From Octopus sinensis (Eukaryota), in contig NC_043014.1 of the NCBI RefSeq assembly GCF_006345805.1, positions 13,826,001-13,890,000 on the forward strand: a stretch of DNA of 64,000 bases. Reading direction: 5' to 3'. The position numbers were made by a program, and so were the translations under genes. Every line of letters starts with the position of its first letter. The stretch's first letter is position 1. Under the pieces are notes generated by a model. It searched no databases. It was not told the origin of the DNA and saw nothing but the letters and a program-made list of their open reading frames with translations. Shown here in pieces: positions 10,875-25,430 of the stretch.

Positions 10875-11121
10875 ATATGTGTGAGTGTGTGTGTGCGTGC
10901 ATATATATGTGTATGTGTGTGTGTGTGTATGCATATATATGTGTGTGTGCGTGCATATATATATGTGTGTGTGTGTGTGCATGCATATATATGTGTGTGT
11001 ATATGACTGTATGTATGTGTGTGTGTATGACTATGTATGTGTGTATATATATATATGTATGTATATAAATGTATGTATGTATATGTGTATGTATATATAC
11101 ATGTGTATATGAGTATGTATA

Positions 11122-11156
<35 letters not shown>

Positions 11157-11316
11157 GATGATGATGATGTATGCATGAATATATATATATATATGTGTGT
11201 GTGTATATATATGTATGTAGATAAATGTATGTATGTATATGTGTATGTATATATATATGTGTATATGAGTATGTATATATATATAGAGATGATGATGATG
11301 TATGTATGCATGAATG

Positions 11317-11349
<33 letters not shown>

Positions 11350-11452
11350 ATGTATATGTATGTGTATGCATGTATGAGTGCGTATGTGTGTATGCATGTG
11401 TGTGTGTGTGTGGTGTGTGTGTGTGCGTGTGTGTGTGTGTGTGTATGTGTGT
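10875..11452. repeat. Compound (TG/TA) microsatellite tract
   Basis: Read directly from the sequence. Confidence 0.95.
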
Positions 11453-11922
11453 GTCTGAAACTACTGATTACCTTGCTTGAAAAAAAAAACCCACACAGAC
11501 AGATAAAATAACTTGTTCTGTAGGTTAGTCGTGGATAACAAATTTCTGAGAGACATTCGTTAAAATTAAAGTTATATTGTTGTCGCTTGACTGCTTAATA
11601 GCTTGTCCACGCTTGTTTTGGAATTACCACTAATCCTTGAATAGCTTAGTATTAATGTTTGCTTTGTTAATCCCAACTAGTAATTTCAAGTTATGTGTCA
11701 ACTAAAGTTTCAATATATGTCCATTAGCTTTTAGATGTTACACTAAAACGAAACAAAATAGCAAATAAATAATCTACCACTGGACTATACTAATTGGAAA
11801 CGATCTGAAAGTAATGACTAAATGTACTTAATCTCTTATCTTTTATTTGTTTCGGTCATTAGAATGTGGCCACGCTGGAGCACTGCCTTGAAGAATTTTT
11901 AGTTGATTGAATCAAACTCATT

Positions 11923-12292
11923 ACTCTTTACTCTTTTACTTGTTTCAGTCATTTGACTCGACCCCAGGACTTATTCTTTTGTAAGCCCAGTACTTATTCT
12001 ATCGGTCTCTTTTGCCGAACCGCTAAGTAACGGGGACATAAGCACACCAGCATCGGTTGTCAAGCAATGCTAGGGGGACAAACACAAACACACACACGCA
12101 TATATATATATATATATACATATATACGACGGGCTTCTTTCAGTTTCCATCTACCAAATCCACTCACAAGGCTTTGGTCGGCTCGAGGCTATAGTAGAAG
12201 ACACTTGCCCAAGGTGCCACGCAGTGGGACTGAACCCGGAACCATGTGGTTGGTAAACAAGCTACTTACTACACAGCCACTCCTGCGCCTAT
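11923..12292 (-). mobile_element. SINE family A, nested in an older A copy
   Basis: Older A sequence on both sides (11840-11920 and 12300-12420). Confidence 0.85.
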
Positions 12293-12953
12293 TACTTCCT
12301 TTTTTTTTTTTTTTGAAGACTGGTACTTATTTCTCTCAGCCTCTCTTGGTGAACTACTAAGTTACAGGGATGTAAACACACCAACACCAGTTGTCAAGCA
12401 GTGGAGAGACAGGGGAACAAACATATTTCCCTGAAGATCATGACTTTCCCCAAATGTTCAAGTTGGACTACAAGCATATCAATCTCACCAATTTAGTAGG
12501 ACCTCTGCAAAGATCATGTGGACTGCCTCTCTTCCTTATAAGAGAAGTGATACAGAAGATTGGCCAGGGCGAGTGGGAAGGCAAGTAAATTCACAAGAGC
12601 GTGAAAGGAGTATGGAACATAAAAAGCGATGGAATCAAAGAGGAATGCAGGTACGTCTGTGTGGTAAGAAGCTTGCATCTCAACCACAAGGTTCCAAATT
12701 CTGTCCCGCTGCGTGGAACTTTGGGCAAATGTCCTCTACTATAGACTTGGACCGACCAAAGCTTTGTGAGTGGATTTAGTAGATGGAAACTGAAAGAAGC
12801 CTGTTGTGTGTGTGTGTGCGTGCATTTTTGTGGTGTGCTTGTTGCCCCCCACCCACCTGCTCGGTTTGTTTACATCTCTGTAACTTAGTAGTTCAGCAAA
12901 AAGAAACTGATAGTGTAAGTACCGGGCTTAAAAAAAATTAAGTTTATCAAGGT

Positions 12954-13358
12954 ATAGGCGCAGGAGTGGCTACATGGTAAGTAGTTTGCTAACCAACCAC
13001 ATGGTTCCGGGTTCAGTCCCACTGCGTGGCACCTTCTGCAAGTGTCTTCTGCTATAGCCTCGGGCCGACCAAAGCCTTGTGAGTGGATTTGGTAGACGGA
13101 GACTGAAAGAAGCCTGTCGTATATATATGTATGTATGTGTGTGTATATGTTTGTGTGTCTGTGTTTGTCCCCCTAGCATTGCTTGACAACCGATGCTGGT
13201 GTGTTTACGTCCCCGTTACTTAGCGGTTCGGCAAAAGAGACCGATAGAATAAGTACTGGGCTTACAAAGAATAAGTCCCGGGGTTGATTTGCTCGACTAA
13301 AGGTGGTGCTCCAGCATGACCGCAGTCAAATGACCGAAACAAGTAAAAGAGTAAAGAG
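12954..13358 (+). mobile_element. SINE family A, nested in an older A copy
   Basis: The older copy at 12640-12950 resumes at 13359 (gtcccagcatgg). Confidence 0.9.
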
Positions 13359-14548
13359 TGTCCCAGCATGGTCGCAGTCGAACAACTGAAACAGATAAGA
13401 TAAAAAGATAAAAGCTTTCTGAAGGGTTACAAATATATCCTAACTCCTTAAGAGTTTGCAGAAAGGATGTTTGAAGAGTGATTAACAAATATTTAAATGA
13501 TCTTAGACTTAAGAGTTTTATTTACATATTAAAATCAGACTTTGAGTAGAGGCTTTGTTATAAATGTGGTCGCGAAAGGCAATCAAAGGACTTTGACAAA
13601 ACTAATTGATTGGTTGACTGACATGAATGATTATCAAACAATTGATTAGTCAATCGGTTAAGTAGTGAACCAATTGACAGAGAAATAATAAAGAAGTGAA
13701 ACAGAACCAGTGCGTGTGTTTATTATGATAACACAACATAATATATAGATCTTATTTCAGTCAGTCAAGGACCACAGTAACAAATTTCAGCTTGGTGCTC
13801 AATCAATGGAAACAGATTTAAATTCAAATAATTTTAGAGATATTCTACCTGGTTGTTGCTTATCCTTGAGTCAGTCCCCATAGATCAAGTTTAGGATGAA
13901 AGATTTTGCAGCCATAATCATCACATCGTTTTTTTTTTCTTCAGGCATAGTGTGTCTCTAAGACTACACTGTTCAACATATCCTTTCTTCATTTTAAGAT
14001 CGGAAATGATTTAGCTGTTAGTTCTAGCAGGCCATGCAACCACATGAAAGCGTCTTCATTTGTTTGTACTTAGTTTTATCAAGATAAAAGTTGAAAAACT
14101 AAAACCAACACATCATATTTTTTACAAATACTAAAAACATGCACACGTTGTTTTCTTTTTAAAATTAGCAAAAAGACAAACGTATTACTTTAATAAAATA
14201 ATATTAATCTAATAGCTTTCTTTTAACCCTTTCACTCATGTTAAATTACTCTTCACTTATTATCTGACAGAATGCAGGTTGTTTGTTACCAGCTGCTGCC
14301 GCCTGAACAGAAAACACCCCTTCTCCCTCGTGGCTTGTTTATGTAACAACATAACATTCCACAGTTAAATGGAACAGACTTGTTACGACTGTTAACAAAC
14401 ATCAGAAACACTTTTAATGCTCTCTATCTTTATTACGGGTCAAGACACCATATATTTTGTGTTATTGTTTAGCCCAGTGTCAGCCTTGGTTCACTGGTCA
14501 TACGGTCAAAGGTGTTCAAGTAGCATGAACTTCCATTTATTTTTATTT

Positions 14549-15739
14549 AGGTGGCGAGCTGGCAGAAACGTTATCATGCCAAACGAAATGCTTAGCGGTA
14601 TTTTGGCGGCGAGCTGGCAGAAACGTTAGCACGTCGGGCGAAATGCTTAGCGGTATTTCGTCTGCCGTTACGTTGTGAGTTCAAATTCCGCCGAGGTCGA
14701 CTTTACCTTTCATCCTTTCGGGGTCGATAAATTAAGTACCAGTTACGCACTGGGGTCGATGTAATCGACTTAATACCTATGTCTGTCCTTGTTTGTCCCC
14801 TCTGTGTTTAGCCCCTTGTGGGTAATAAAGAAATAGGTATTTTGTCTGTCGCTACGTTCAGAGTTCAAATTCTGCCGAGGTTGACTTTGCCTTTCATCCT
14901 TCCGGGGCCGATTAAATAAGTACCAGTTACGCACTGAGGTCGATATAATCGACTTAATCCATTTGTCTGTCCTTGTTTGTCCTCTCTGTGTTTAGCCCCT
15001 TGTAGGTAGTAAAGAAATAGGTATTTCGTCTGTCGCTACGTACTGAGTTCAAATTCCGCCGAGGTCGACTTTACCTTTCATCCTTCCGGGGCCGATTAAA
15101 TAAGTACCAGTTGCGTACTGAGGTCGATATAATCGACTTAATCCATTTGTCTGTCCTTGTTTGTCCTCTCTGTGTTTAGCCCCTTGTAGGTAGTAAAGAA
15201 ATAGGTATTTCGTCTGTCGCTACGTACTGAGTTCAAATTCCGCCGAGGTCGACTTTACCTTTCATCCTTCCGGGGCCGATTAAATAAGTACCAGTTGCGT
15301 ACTGGGTCGATATAATCGACTTAATCCGTTTGTCTGTCCTTGTTTGTCCTCTCTGCGTTTAGCCCCTTGTAGGTAGTAAAGAAATAGGTATTTCGTCTGT
15401 CGCTACGTACTGACTTCAAATTCCGCCGAGGTCGACTTTGCTTTTCATCCTTTCGGGGTCGATTAAATAAGTATCAGTTACGTACTGGGGTCGATATAAT
15501 CGACTTAATCCGTTTGTCTGTCCTTGTTTGTCCTCTCTGTGTTTAGCCCCTTGTGGGTAGTAAAGAAATAGGTATTTCGTCTGTTGTTACGTTCTGAGTT
15601 CAAATTCTGCCGAGGTCGACTTTGCCTTTCATCCTTTCGGGGTCAACAAATTAAGTACCAATGTAATCGACTTAATCCGTTTGTGTGTCCTTGTTTGTCC
15701 CCTCTATGTTAAGTCCCTTGTGGGCAATAAAGAAATAAG
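14549..15739 (+). mobile_element. SINE family B with a duplicated head and six tandem ~184-bp bodies
   Basis: Units start at 14652, 14836, 15020, 15204, 15387 and 15571. Confidence 0.9.
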
Positions 15740-16673
15740 AAATGTTACCGTGCAGGGTGGGGTGGGGGATGCTAAGCGATATTTCTTCTGACTTTACATT
15801 CCGAGTTCAAATGCTGCCTGGGTTGACTTTACTTTTCATCCTTTTTTTGGGGTGGGGGTCAATTAAATCAACTTAGACTTGCCCCTTCAAACTTGCTGGC
15901 CTGGTGCCAAAGTTAGAAATCATTATTATATCTGTCGTATCATTTTACTTATTTCAATCATTGGACTGCAGCCAAACGGGTGGGGTGGGGATCACCCCCT
16001 TGAAGGGTTCAGTTGAACTATCAAAATCCTGTTTAGTTTTTTTTTTTTTGAAGACTTTTTTGCTGAACATAAACAAACCAACACCAGCTGTCAAGCAGTG
16101 GTAGAGGATAAACACAAGCACACACACATACAGCAGGCTTCTACACAGTTTTCGTCAGCCAAATTCATTCACAAGGCAATGGTCAGCCTGAGGATATAGT
16201 AGAAGACACTTGCCCAAAGTACTGCACAGTGAGATTGAACCCAAAATCACATGGCTGCAAAGTGAGTTTTTAACAACACAGCCACACCTACATCTACTAT
16301 ATCAAAGGATGACATTGTTCAATGTATACTTTTTTCTTTTCAAAACAGTTTGGTGTGATTTTTCAGAGTGACTTGACTGCTATTTCTAGCAGGTCAAGCT
16401 ATTATGTAAAGGTTCTCCTCATTTACATGTAGCTTTCATAAACAGTAAACCTGAATGGATCTTCTTTACTTTTTATATATCCAAGTAACCTATTGTTTAG
16501 CAGAACCTGTAACCTAGATTTGGTGTTCAGTTATAGCTATTCCACTACAGTTAATAAGATTGTTAGCATTACTGGTTTGGTGGGGACATAACATTAAATC
16601 GTTATTTCATACTTTTGGAAGACAATAGAGCATATCACTCACTCTTAGATATTATTGATTATGAATACTACCC

Positions 16674-17057
16674 ATAGGCGCAGGAGTGGCTGTGTGGTAA
16701 GTAGCTTGTTTACCAACCACAAGGTTCTGGGTTCAGTCTCACTGTGTGGCACCTTGGGCAAGTGTCTTCTACTATAACCTTGGGCCGACCAAAGCCTTGT
16801 GAGTGGATTTGGTAGACGGAAACTGAAAGAAGCCCGTCGTATATATGTTTTTATATATATATATATATTTATATATATGCGTGTATATGTTTGTGCGTCT
16901 GTGTTTGTCCCCCTAGCATTGCTTGACAACCGATGCTGGTGTGTTTATGTCCCCGTTACTTAGCGGTTTGGCAAAAGAGATAGAATAAGTACTGGGCTTA
17001 CAAAAGAATAAGTCCCAGGGTTGAGTTGCTCGATTACTGAAACAAGTAAAAGTAAAG
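16674..17057 (+). mobile_element. SINE family A
   Basis: Consensus match. Confidence 0.9.
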
Positions 17058-17638
17058 TATACCATTTCTCTTTATTCACATTTCTATAACTACAGGGCAT
17101 GCCCTAACACATCTCCACCACTATTCTGCTTCTCTTCCAACGAGTAAACATTGTACCTCCCCTATCATATTACTCTCCTGCTAAGTTGAGGAGTCTTCAC
17201 TTGGGAGTTACATGGCAATTACACAAGAGCTAGTACCATGTAAAAAGCACCCACTACACTCTGTAAAGTGGTTGGCATTAGGAAGGGCATCCAACTATAG
17301 AAACTGTAGCAGGAATATTCAGCAATCATCAGATGCCATAATTTGCTAGAATATTGCCTACATCATCAATAAAATCTGACCAATCACAACTTCATGCGGA
17401 ATAGGCTCCAGTGACATCTTTTCCTTTGGTGTGCTTCCTTCTGAGCCTATCGACCAGTATAAATTCAGTACATCATGACTACTAAACAGAGAGCTTTGGA
17501 ATTCAGCAAGGAGAGCATTGACAAACTCTGTAGCAGTTGACCAACAGCAGACAGCAGCTGACAAAAACAAAGGTGATGAATAGTTGGAGGATGAACAATA
17601 TTAGAAGTCAGTAGACAGCAGAAACTACTAACACTTTA

Positions 17639-18021
17639 AGGTGGCAAGCTGGCAGAAGCATTAGCATGCCGGGCAAAATGCTTAGTGGTATTTCGTCTGC
17701 CGCTACGTTCTAAGTTCAAATTCTGCCAAGGTCGACTTTGCCTTTCATCTTTTGGGGTCGATGTAATCGACTTAAACCATTTGTCTGTCCTTGTTTGTCC
17801 ACTCTATGTTTAGCCCCTTGTGGGTAGTAAAGAAATAGGTATTTCGTCTGCTGCTATGTTCTGAGTTCAAATTCCACCGAGGTCGACTTTGCCTTTCATC
17901 CTTTTGGGGTCGATTAAATAAGTACCAGTTATGCACTGGGGTCAATATAATCGACTTAATCTGTTTCTCTGTCCTTGTTTGTCCCCTCTGTGTGTAGCCC
18001 CTTGTGGGCCTTAAAGAAATA
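17639..18021 (+). mobile_element. SINE family B dimer with 19-bp TSD
   Basis: TSD AGAAACTACTAACACTTTA at 17620-17638 and 18022-18040. Confidence 0.9.
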
Positions 18022-19219
18022 AGAAACTACTAACACTTTATCAGCTGCTACAACTACACCAAGAACAAAAAACTCTCTCAACATTTTGTTGTTCATAGTA
18101 ATGATAACTATAATTTATTTTGTGTGTGAGTACGTAAAGAATAAAATTTTGTTTATCAAAAATCCCAACAGACTCCTGTAGTTTTCTTCATACAAAACCA
18201 TCAAAGCAAACACTGGAGCTTGATGCAATTCTCAGAAATTGACAGCCCGTCGAACCATCCAACCCAATCCAGCATGGAAAATGAAAGTTAAATGGTGAAG
18301 ATGATGATGAATACTGAAGTATTTTATATTCAACATAGATGCTTATCAAGGCTCAATTCTCAACTCCTGTTTACTAGAGTTCTCCGTGTTATTTATAGAT
18401 GACTTCAAGGCCAAATGGTTTAGTAAGCAGCAACAAATACAGAACTCCACTGCCACCAATGAAGTGGATTTGCTAAAGAAGACTACCTACAAATTCTATA
18501 CAATGTTTTCAATGTGAACTATGGGGGCATAAACAGAAATCTCAAGCAGGTTGACAGAAAAGCAAGGCAACATATGTAAGAGATCCATAAGAGTAGTTAG
18601 CAGTAGAAGCACCAATGAAATGCAATATTTCAACAACATAAAAGATTTGCTAGAAATACTTGTTTCTTTTTACCCAAATGATGCAGACGTGGCTGTGTGG
18701 CCAAGAAGCTTGCTTCACGACCATGTAGTCTTGTGTTCAATCTCACTGCACAGTACCTTGAGCAAATGTCTTCCACTATGACCCCAGGCCAACTGAAGCC
18801 TATAAGTGCAGCTGAGGGGTTAAGAAGCTCGCTTTTGTAGTCATGTGGTGTTTGGTTCAATCTTACTGCACATATCTTGGGCAGGTGTCTTCTACAGCTC
18901 TGGACTGACTAAAACCTTGTGAGTAGATTTGATTGACAGAAACTGAAAGAAGCCTGTAATGTGTGTTTGTGTATAGCTTTGTCTAGTCATTACATGATGG
19001 TTGTAAATAAGCATCACTGTCATACAAGCGAGGTAGTTTGTTTACAGTCTCCCATAGGGAAACAAGTCTAGCTATAGGAAAATATCACCTAGCTTGGAAA
19101 CAAGTTAGGGCTGGCAACAGTATGAGTATTTGGCCATTGAAAATCAGCCTTAACAAATTCCATCTGACCTATGCAAGCTTGGAAAACTGGTGATCATGAT
19201 AATGATGATAACCTAATCA

Positions 19220-19665
19220 GTAACAGGTGTAGGTATTGTGAAAGCATAGTAGCTAAGGTGAAGAGGGAGTGGACCAAAGTTCAAGAAACTATTTTCCCTT
19301 TCTGAGTGAAGAGCAGATTGCATGATACATGAGCGAAGTGCAATATTGCATGGAAGTAAGTCATGTGCACCAAAAGTAGATGATATGCCAAGGTGAGTAT
19401 GCACTACAGGATATGTAAAGGCTACTTGCATAATCAATAGAGTAAAGGTGAGATGACATGAAAACAATGAAAGGCATTGGGGGAATTAGATGAGAGAGAA
19501 GATTGCATTAGTACAGACATTTGAGGATATCAGCATGAAGGAGTGTCAAGCAATACAAGCAGAAGTACCTTATAGAAGAAGTAGACAACAGAAGACATGG
19601 GAAGAAGTGGTGAAATCTCATCACCAGCTGGTAACCCTTTTGAAGGAAATAACAAAAGGTATTAA
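19220..19665 (+). pseudogene. Highly decayed RTE LINE 3' fragment
   Basis: Remnants CESIVAKVKREWTKFKKL, AILHGSKSCA and RRSRQQKTWEEVV. Confidence 0.6.
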
Positions 19666-20131
19666 GTTCGTAGGGTTGAATGTGAGTACATTTGTGTCAC
19701 CTTGTCTTGACATTGTGTGACAGTTGTAAATCAATGACAAGCAACGTCATTCATTTCCAGTTTTCTGAGAGAACATGTCAAGCCATGGGGAAATATTAGA
19801 AAGCTTGGAAACAGGTAAGGATTGGTGACAGGAAGGGCATCCATCTGTAGAAAATCTGCCTCAATATACTGTGTCTGACTCACTCAAGCACTGGTGAGTG
19901 GACATTAAAATAATGATGACGATGAGGACAACAACAATGATGATAAGAAAAAAAAACTGAGTAGGCACAGGCATGGTTGTGTGGTTAAGAAGCTTGCTTT
20001 GCAACCATGTGGTTTCAGGTTCAGTCCCACTGTGCAGTACCTCATAGTATAAGTGCCTTATACTATAACTTTGGGCTGTGAGTAAATTTGGTAGGTGAAA
20101 ACTATATAGAAGCCCACTGTGTGTCTGTGGG

Positions 20132-20164
<33 letters not shown>

Positions 20165-21399
20165 TATGTATATAGTGTGTTTGTTCCTCCTACATTGCTT
20201 GACAACTAGTATTGGTTTGTTTACATTCCCATAACTCAGCAGTTCAAGCAAAGAGCTCAATAGAATAAGTACCAGACTTAAAAAAAAAAATAAATAACAA
20301 GTACTGAGTTCAGTTTTGTAAAAAGTAAACAAAAAAAAAAAAAGGAAAAGGTGACCCAGTTCTGATTCTGACCTCTAGCTATTTCCCTTATTTTCTTTCT
20401 TTCATTAGAACTCCTGTTTCCACCTTGCCCTTCTCAAAATCAATAAAACTAACTCATCCATTGCTAAATGGTTCTGATTATGAGACAAAGAAATCAAACA
20501 ATTCACACAGGCAATGGGGTAAATAAATACTGCTTGATCGAGCGATCCCCCCCCCCCTAATTCACGCCATTCAACCATGAAGTACAAGTACCTTTTATAA
20601 ACATGTAAGGTGAGATCATTAAGCAACTGTCTTCGTTTACCGAGCTAACGAATACAAAAATACATATTAAATTAGTTTAATTGGCAAATGTAAAAATCAC
20701 AAGCAATGCAATGAATATCTTTTTTTCATTCTTCTACTGGTTTCAGTCTATGAACTCTGGCCATGCTGGGGCATCACTTACAAGGGTTTTAGTGCTGGAT
20801 AGTAACCTCAATTTTTTTTTCTCTCTTGCTTATTTTATCTTGTAAAAGATGAAGTAGCCAAGTTCACTTTGATGGAAAGGCATATATGCCAAGTTAGGCT
20901 AAATAATATAAATATAGATAATATAAACTTATAATTTCTCTCTCTCTCTCCATATATATATATATACTTCTTTTATATATGTTCTTTTATTCTTTTACTT
21001 GTTTCAGTCATTTGACTGCAGCCATTCTGGAGCACCACCTTAAAGGGCTTTTAGTTGAAGAAATCAACACCAAGGACTTATTCTTTGTAAGCCTAGTACT
21101 TATTCTATCAGTTTCTTTTGCTGAACTGCTAAGTTACTGGGACATAAACACACCAACATTGGTTGTCAAGCAATGGGGGGGGGGGGCAAACACACACACA
21201 CAACTATGTACATACATACATACATACATACTACATACATACATATATATGATGTCTACCAAATCCACTCACAAGGCTTTGGTCAGTCCAAGGCTATAGT
21301 AAAAGTCACTTGCCTGAGGTACCATACAGTGGGACTGAACCTGGGACCATGTAGCTGGGAAGCAAGCTTCTTACCACACACCCACACCTATATAAATAT

Positions 21400-21443
<44 letters not shown>

Positions 21444-22515
21444 CTCACATGATCATGTGATCAACCAGATCAGATATTATACATAGCTGGTCACAATGCA
21501 CTTTGCATCAATTTTTAACTTTCAAATGATGCTAGTGCACTGATAAGGTGAGCAGGCCAACAGTCCTCCTGATCAGAAGCTACTCTGTCACAGGGTTACC
21601 TGATTACAGCTGAATGGACTGAAGCAACGTGAAATGAAAGAGCACAACATGCTGCTCAGTCTGGGAATTGAACCCACAATCTAGTAATCATGAGTGCAAC
21701 ACCCTAACCACACACACACATTCTCAACCATGTGGTATTGGGTTCAGTCCTACTGTGTGGCACTTTGGACGAATGTCTTCTAATATAACTTTGGGTTGAC
21801 CAAAGCCTTGTGAGTTGATTTGGCAGGCAAAAACCATCTGAAAGCCTGTCATATAAACACACACACACACAAAGCATGAAAAGCGGATGTTAAATGATGA
21901 TGATGATGATGATACCTGTACATTGCCTATATAGCCTTATTTTCGTTCTTATTCCCACAGATCCTGTATCCCTTAACTCAAAGTTAGATTTTAGGCACTT
22001 AGTCTGGTTTGAGACACTTATTGTGTGTACCTATTATATACCTTATTCACATTTTCTTTCTAGTATATGTGCATGTGTGTGTGTGTCCCCATGGTTAGAC
22101 ATCAAGTGATAGCTGTAAATGAGTACTATTGTCATATAAGTGAGGTGGTTCATTTCTAGCTTTCTGTGAAAAACTCTGTTTAGCTTTGGGAAAATATTAT
22201 CTTGCCAGGAAACAGGTGAGGGGAATGGTAACAAGAAAGGTTTCCAGCTGTAGAAACTCTGCATCAAACAAATCCTGTCTGACCCATGCTAGCATGGGAA
22301 AGTGGACGTCAAATATTCTTTTTATACTGTAGGCACAATGCCCGAAATTTTTGGGGAGGGGGCCAGCCAATTAGATCAATCTCAGTATGTTACTAGTACT
22401 TAATTTATCGACCCCTGAAAGGATGAAAGGCAAAGTCGACCTTGGCAGAATTTGAACTCAGAATGTAAAGACAGATGAAATACTGCTAAGTATTTCACCC
22501 AGCATGCTAATGTTT

Positions 22516-22750
22516 CTTATTTCTTTATTGCCCACAAGGGGCTAAACATAGAGGAGACAAATAAGGACAGACAAACGGATTAAGTCGATTACATTGACCC
22601 CAGTGCATAACTGGTACTTAATTTATTGACCACGAAAGGATGAAAGGCAAAGTCGACCTCGGTGGAATTTGAACTCAGAATGTAGCGGCAGACGAAATAC
22701 CGCTAAGCATTTCACGCGGCATGCTAACATTTCTGCCAGCTCGCCACCTT
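22516..22750 (-). mobile_element. SINE family B joined to an older B-variant (22320-22515)
   Basis: Consensus match; the tail runs into a second head remnant. Confidence 0.85.
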
Positions 22751-23369
22751 TGGATATTAAATGTTGATGATGATGATCATGATGATGACAGTGATAATGA
22801 TGATGATGAGGAGGAGTAGTTGTGAGGTCTGTGCTTTCCACAAGTTCATTAGCGGTATGAGCGAAGTGATACGGCAACAGCCACTGATGAAAATTATGTA
22901 ACAGATTCAGCTGGCCAGCAACTTATCTCTACTGTTCTGGCATTCAGTGTGTGCAAGTGATATGCAGAGATATTTCCTAAACACAAAAGCTTTTAGTAGA
23001 AAGCATAGCCATTAGTAAACATTCTCTGAATCAGATGATACAAATTAACGTACCATTGAACAATGAAGCAAAGTTGTTGATGTTGTTTAGTTCAAAGTAG
23101 GTCCTGGTTAAACAGGCCTATGATCAAAGATATTTGTTCTAGCCATGACAGTTATGCCTTTCAATCAGACAGTGGATCCTATACTTTGTATCTTTTACGT
23201 GTTTCAGTTATTGGACTGTGGTCATGCTGGGGCACTGCTTCAAAGGGTTTAGTCCAAGAAACCCACCCTAGTACTCACTTTTTAACTCTGATACTTATTC
23301 TATTGGCCCCTTTTATCAAAGCACACACACACACATATCGGTAGCTAGACAAATACTATGAGCTTCCAC

Positions 23370-23762
23370 AGGTGCAGGGGTGGCTGGGTGGTAAGTAGCT
23401 TGCTTACCAACCACATGGTTCTGGGTTCAGTCCCAGTGTGTGGCACCTTGGGCAAAGTGTCTTCTACTATAGCCTTGGGCCTGACCAAAGCCTTGTGAGT
23501 GGATTTGGTAGATGGAAACTGAAAGAAGCCTGTCGTATATATGTATATATATTTGTGTGTGTATGTGTTTGTCCCCCCAACATTGCTTAACAACCGATGC
23601 TGGTCTCTTTGCATCCCCGAGACTTAGCGGTTTGGCAAAAGAGACTGATAGATTAAGTACTAGGCTTACAAAGAATAAGTCCCGGGGTTGATTTGCTCAC
23701 TAAAAGGCAGTGCTCCAGCATGGCCACAGTCAAATAACTGTAGCAAGTAAAAAAGTAAAAGA
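23370..23762 (+). mobile_element. SINE family A
   Basis: Consensus match, inserted in an older minus-strand A copy. Confidence 0.85.
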
Positions 23763-23934
23763 AAAGAATACCAAATTCACTCACTAGGTCTATAGTAGGA
23801 GGCTCTTGCCCAAGGTGTCGTGCCGTGGGACTGAACCCGAAACCACAACCAAATGGTTGGAAAGTGAACTTCTTAATCACACAGCCTGCATCTATCTAGG
23901 ACTATATTTTGTAATGTATCTCTCTTTTTTTTTT

Positions 23935-24134
23935 ACTCTTTTACTTGCTTCAGTCATTTGACTGTGGCCATGCTGGAGCACCACCTTTAGTTGAGCAAAT
24001 CAACCCCAGGACTTATTCTTTGGAAGCCTATCAGTCTCTTTTGCTGAACTGCTAAGTTACGTGGATGTAACACATCAGCATCAGTTGTCAAGTGATGTTG
24101 GGGGGACAAACAGACACATACACACACACATCAC

Positions 24135-24172
<38 letters not shown>

Positions 24173-24348
24173 CATACATATATATGACGGGCTTCTTTCA
24201 GTTTCCGTCTACAAAATGCACTCACAAGGCTTTGGTTGGCCCGAGGCTATAGTAGAAGACACTTACCCAAGGTGCCACACAGTGGGACCGAGCCCGGAAC
24301 CATGTGGTTGGTAAGCAACCTACTTACCACACAGCCACTCCTACACCT
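23935..24348 (-). mobile_element. SINE family A
   Basis: Consensus match. Confidence 0.85.
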
Positions 24349-25158
24349 ATGCACACAACCACTTCTACGCTTCTTCATTTATTTTTCCTGTTTGTTAAAA
24401 TAATAGGGTGTTATTTGAGGGAGGTTTGGTTGCTATTTCCAGAAGCTCCCCTCCATAGAAGGAGAACTTTGGAAGAATTGTTTCAGTGTTTGTTTTTATA
24501 GAGAAACACATTTAACAGTGTGTTGTACAGTAATGTCTTCTTGTCTGTGAAATCTGAGAAGTAAACATGAAGAAACTGCAAAAGATGATAAGATATACCA
24601 GACTGGATGGGAAAAATAAATCTAATATTATTAATTTAGATAAGCAGCTGTGAATTAAAAGCATCAGATTTTATCAATTAAAACAGACAAGAAGAAAAAA
24701 AGTAAAGAGTCAGTAAAGCAAACACAAAAAAAAACTAGAAAAAAAAGGGTGCAAAAATTGTAGATTAGTACTACAAGGGTGGTAAGAAAAGAAAAAGACT
24801 TAAGTAAAATTTGAAACCACTTAAATGGTCGAGTTTGGCTTACAAAGTGGTTCAAGTTAGGACAAAGTGTCGGAGAGGTTACTTAAACAGTCTCGCGTGA
24901 CATCATCAATGCAATGAGAAAAAGACGAGCATACTGATGATGATGATGGTGGTGGTGGTGGTGAAGAGGAGGATGAGGATGATGATGACTTTGAAGTATG
25001 TTAGCTGGTAAAAAGCAATCATCCAAAAACCAAATAACTATATTTAGTAACAAATCAATTGCAAAAGCAGTAGAACCACTAGCTTGCTTTTATATCTAAA
25101 TATTCAATAAGGTTTGCAGCCCACAAAACTACACAGACCTCAACAAAGAAGAAAAAAA

Positions 25159-25430
25159 CATACATACACATACATATACATATATATATACACATATATA
25201 TATACATATACATACATATATATATACATATACATACATATATATACATATACATACATATATATATATATATATACACATATATATATACACATACATA
25301 CATATATATAATACACATACATACATATATATATACACATATATATACACATACATACATATATAAATACACATACATACATATATATACACATACATAC
25401 ATATATATACACATACATTACATATATATA

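Noticed and set aside
10838-11511. Long ORFs (up to 177 aa); similar ones at 25.1, 47.3 and 57.9-58.6 kb (up to 235 aa)
   Set aside because: They are translations of CA/TA microsatellites with no coding complexity.
14652-15739. CRISPR-like or satellite array
   Set aside because: There are no unique spacers; the units are SINE bodies in eukaryotic DNA.
17358-17570. 70-aa minus-strand ORF in unique-looking sequence
   Set aside because: No recognisable motif or splice context; its length is expected by chance.
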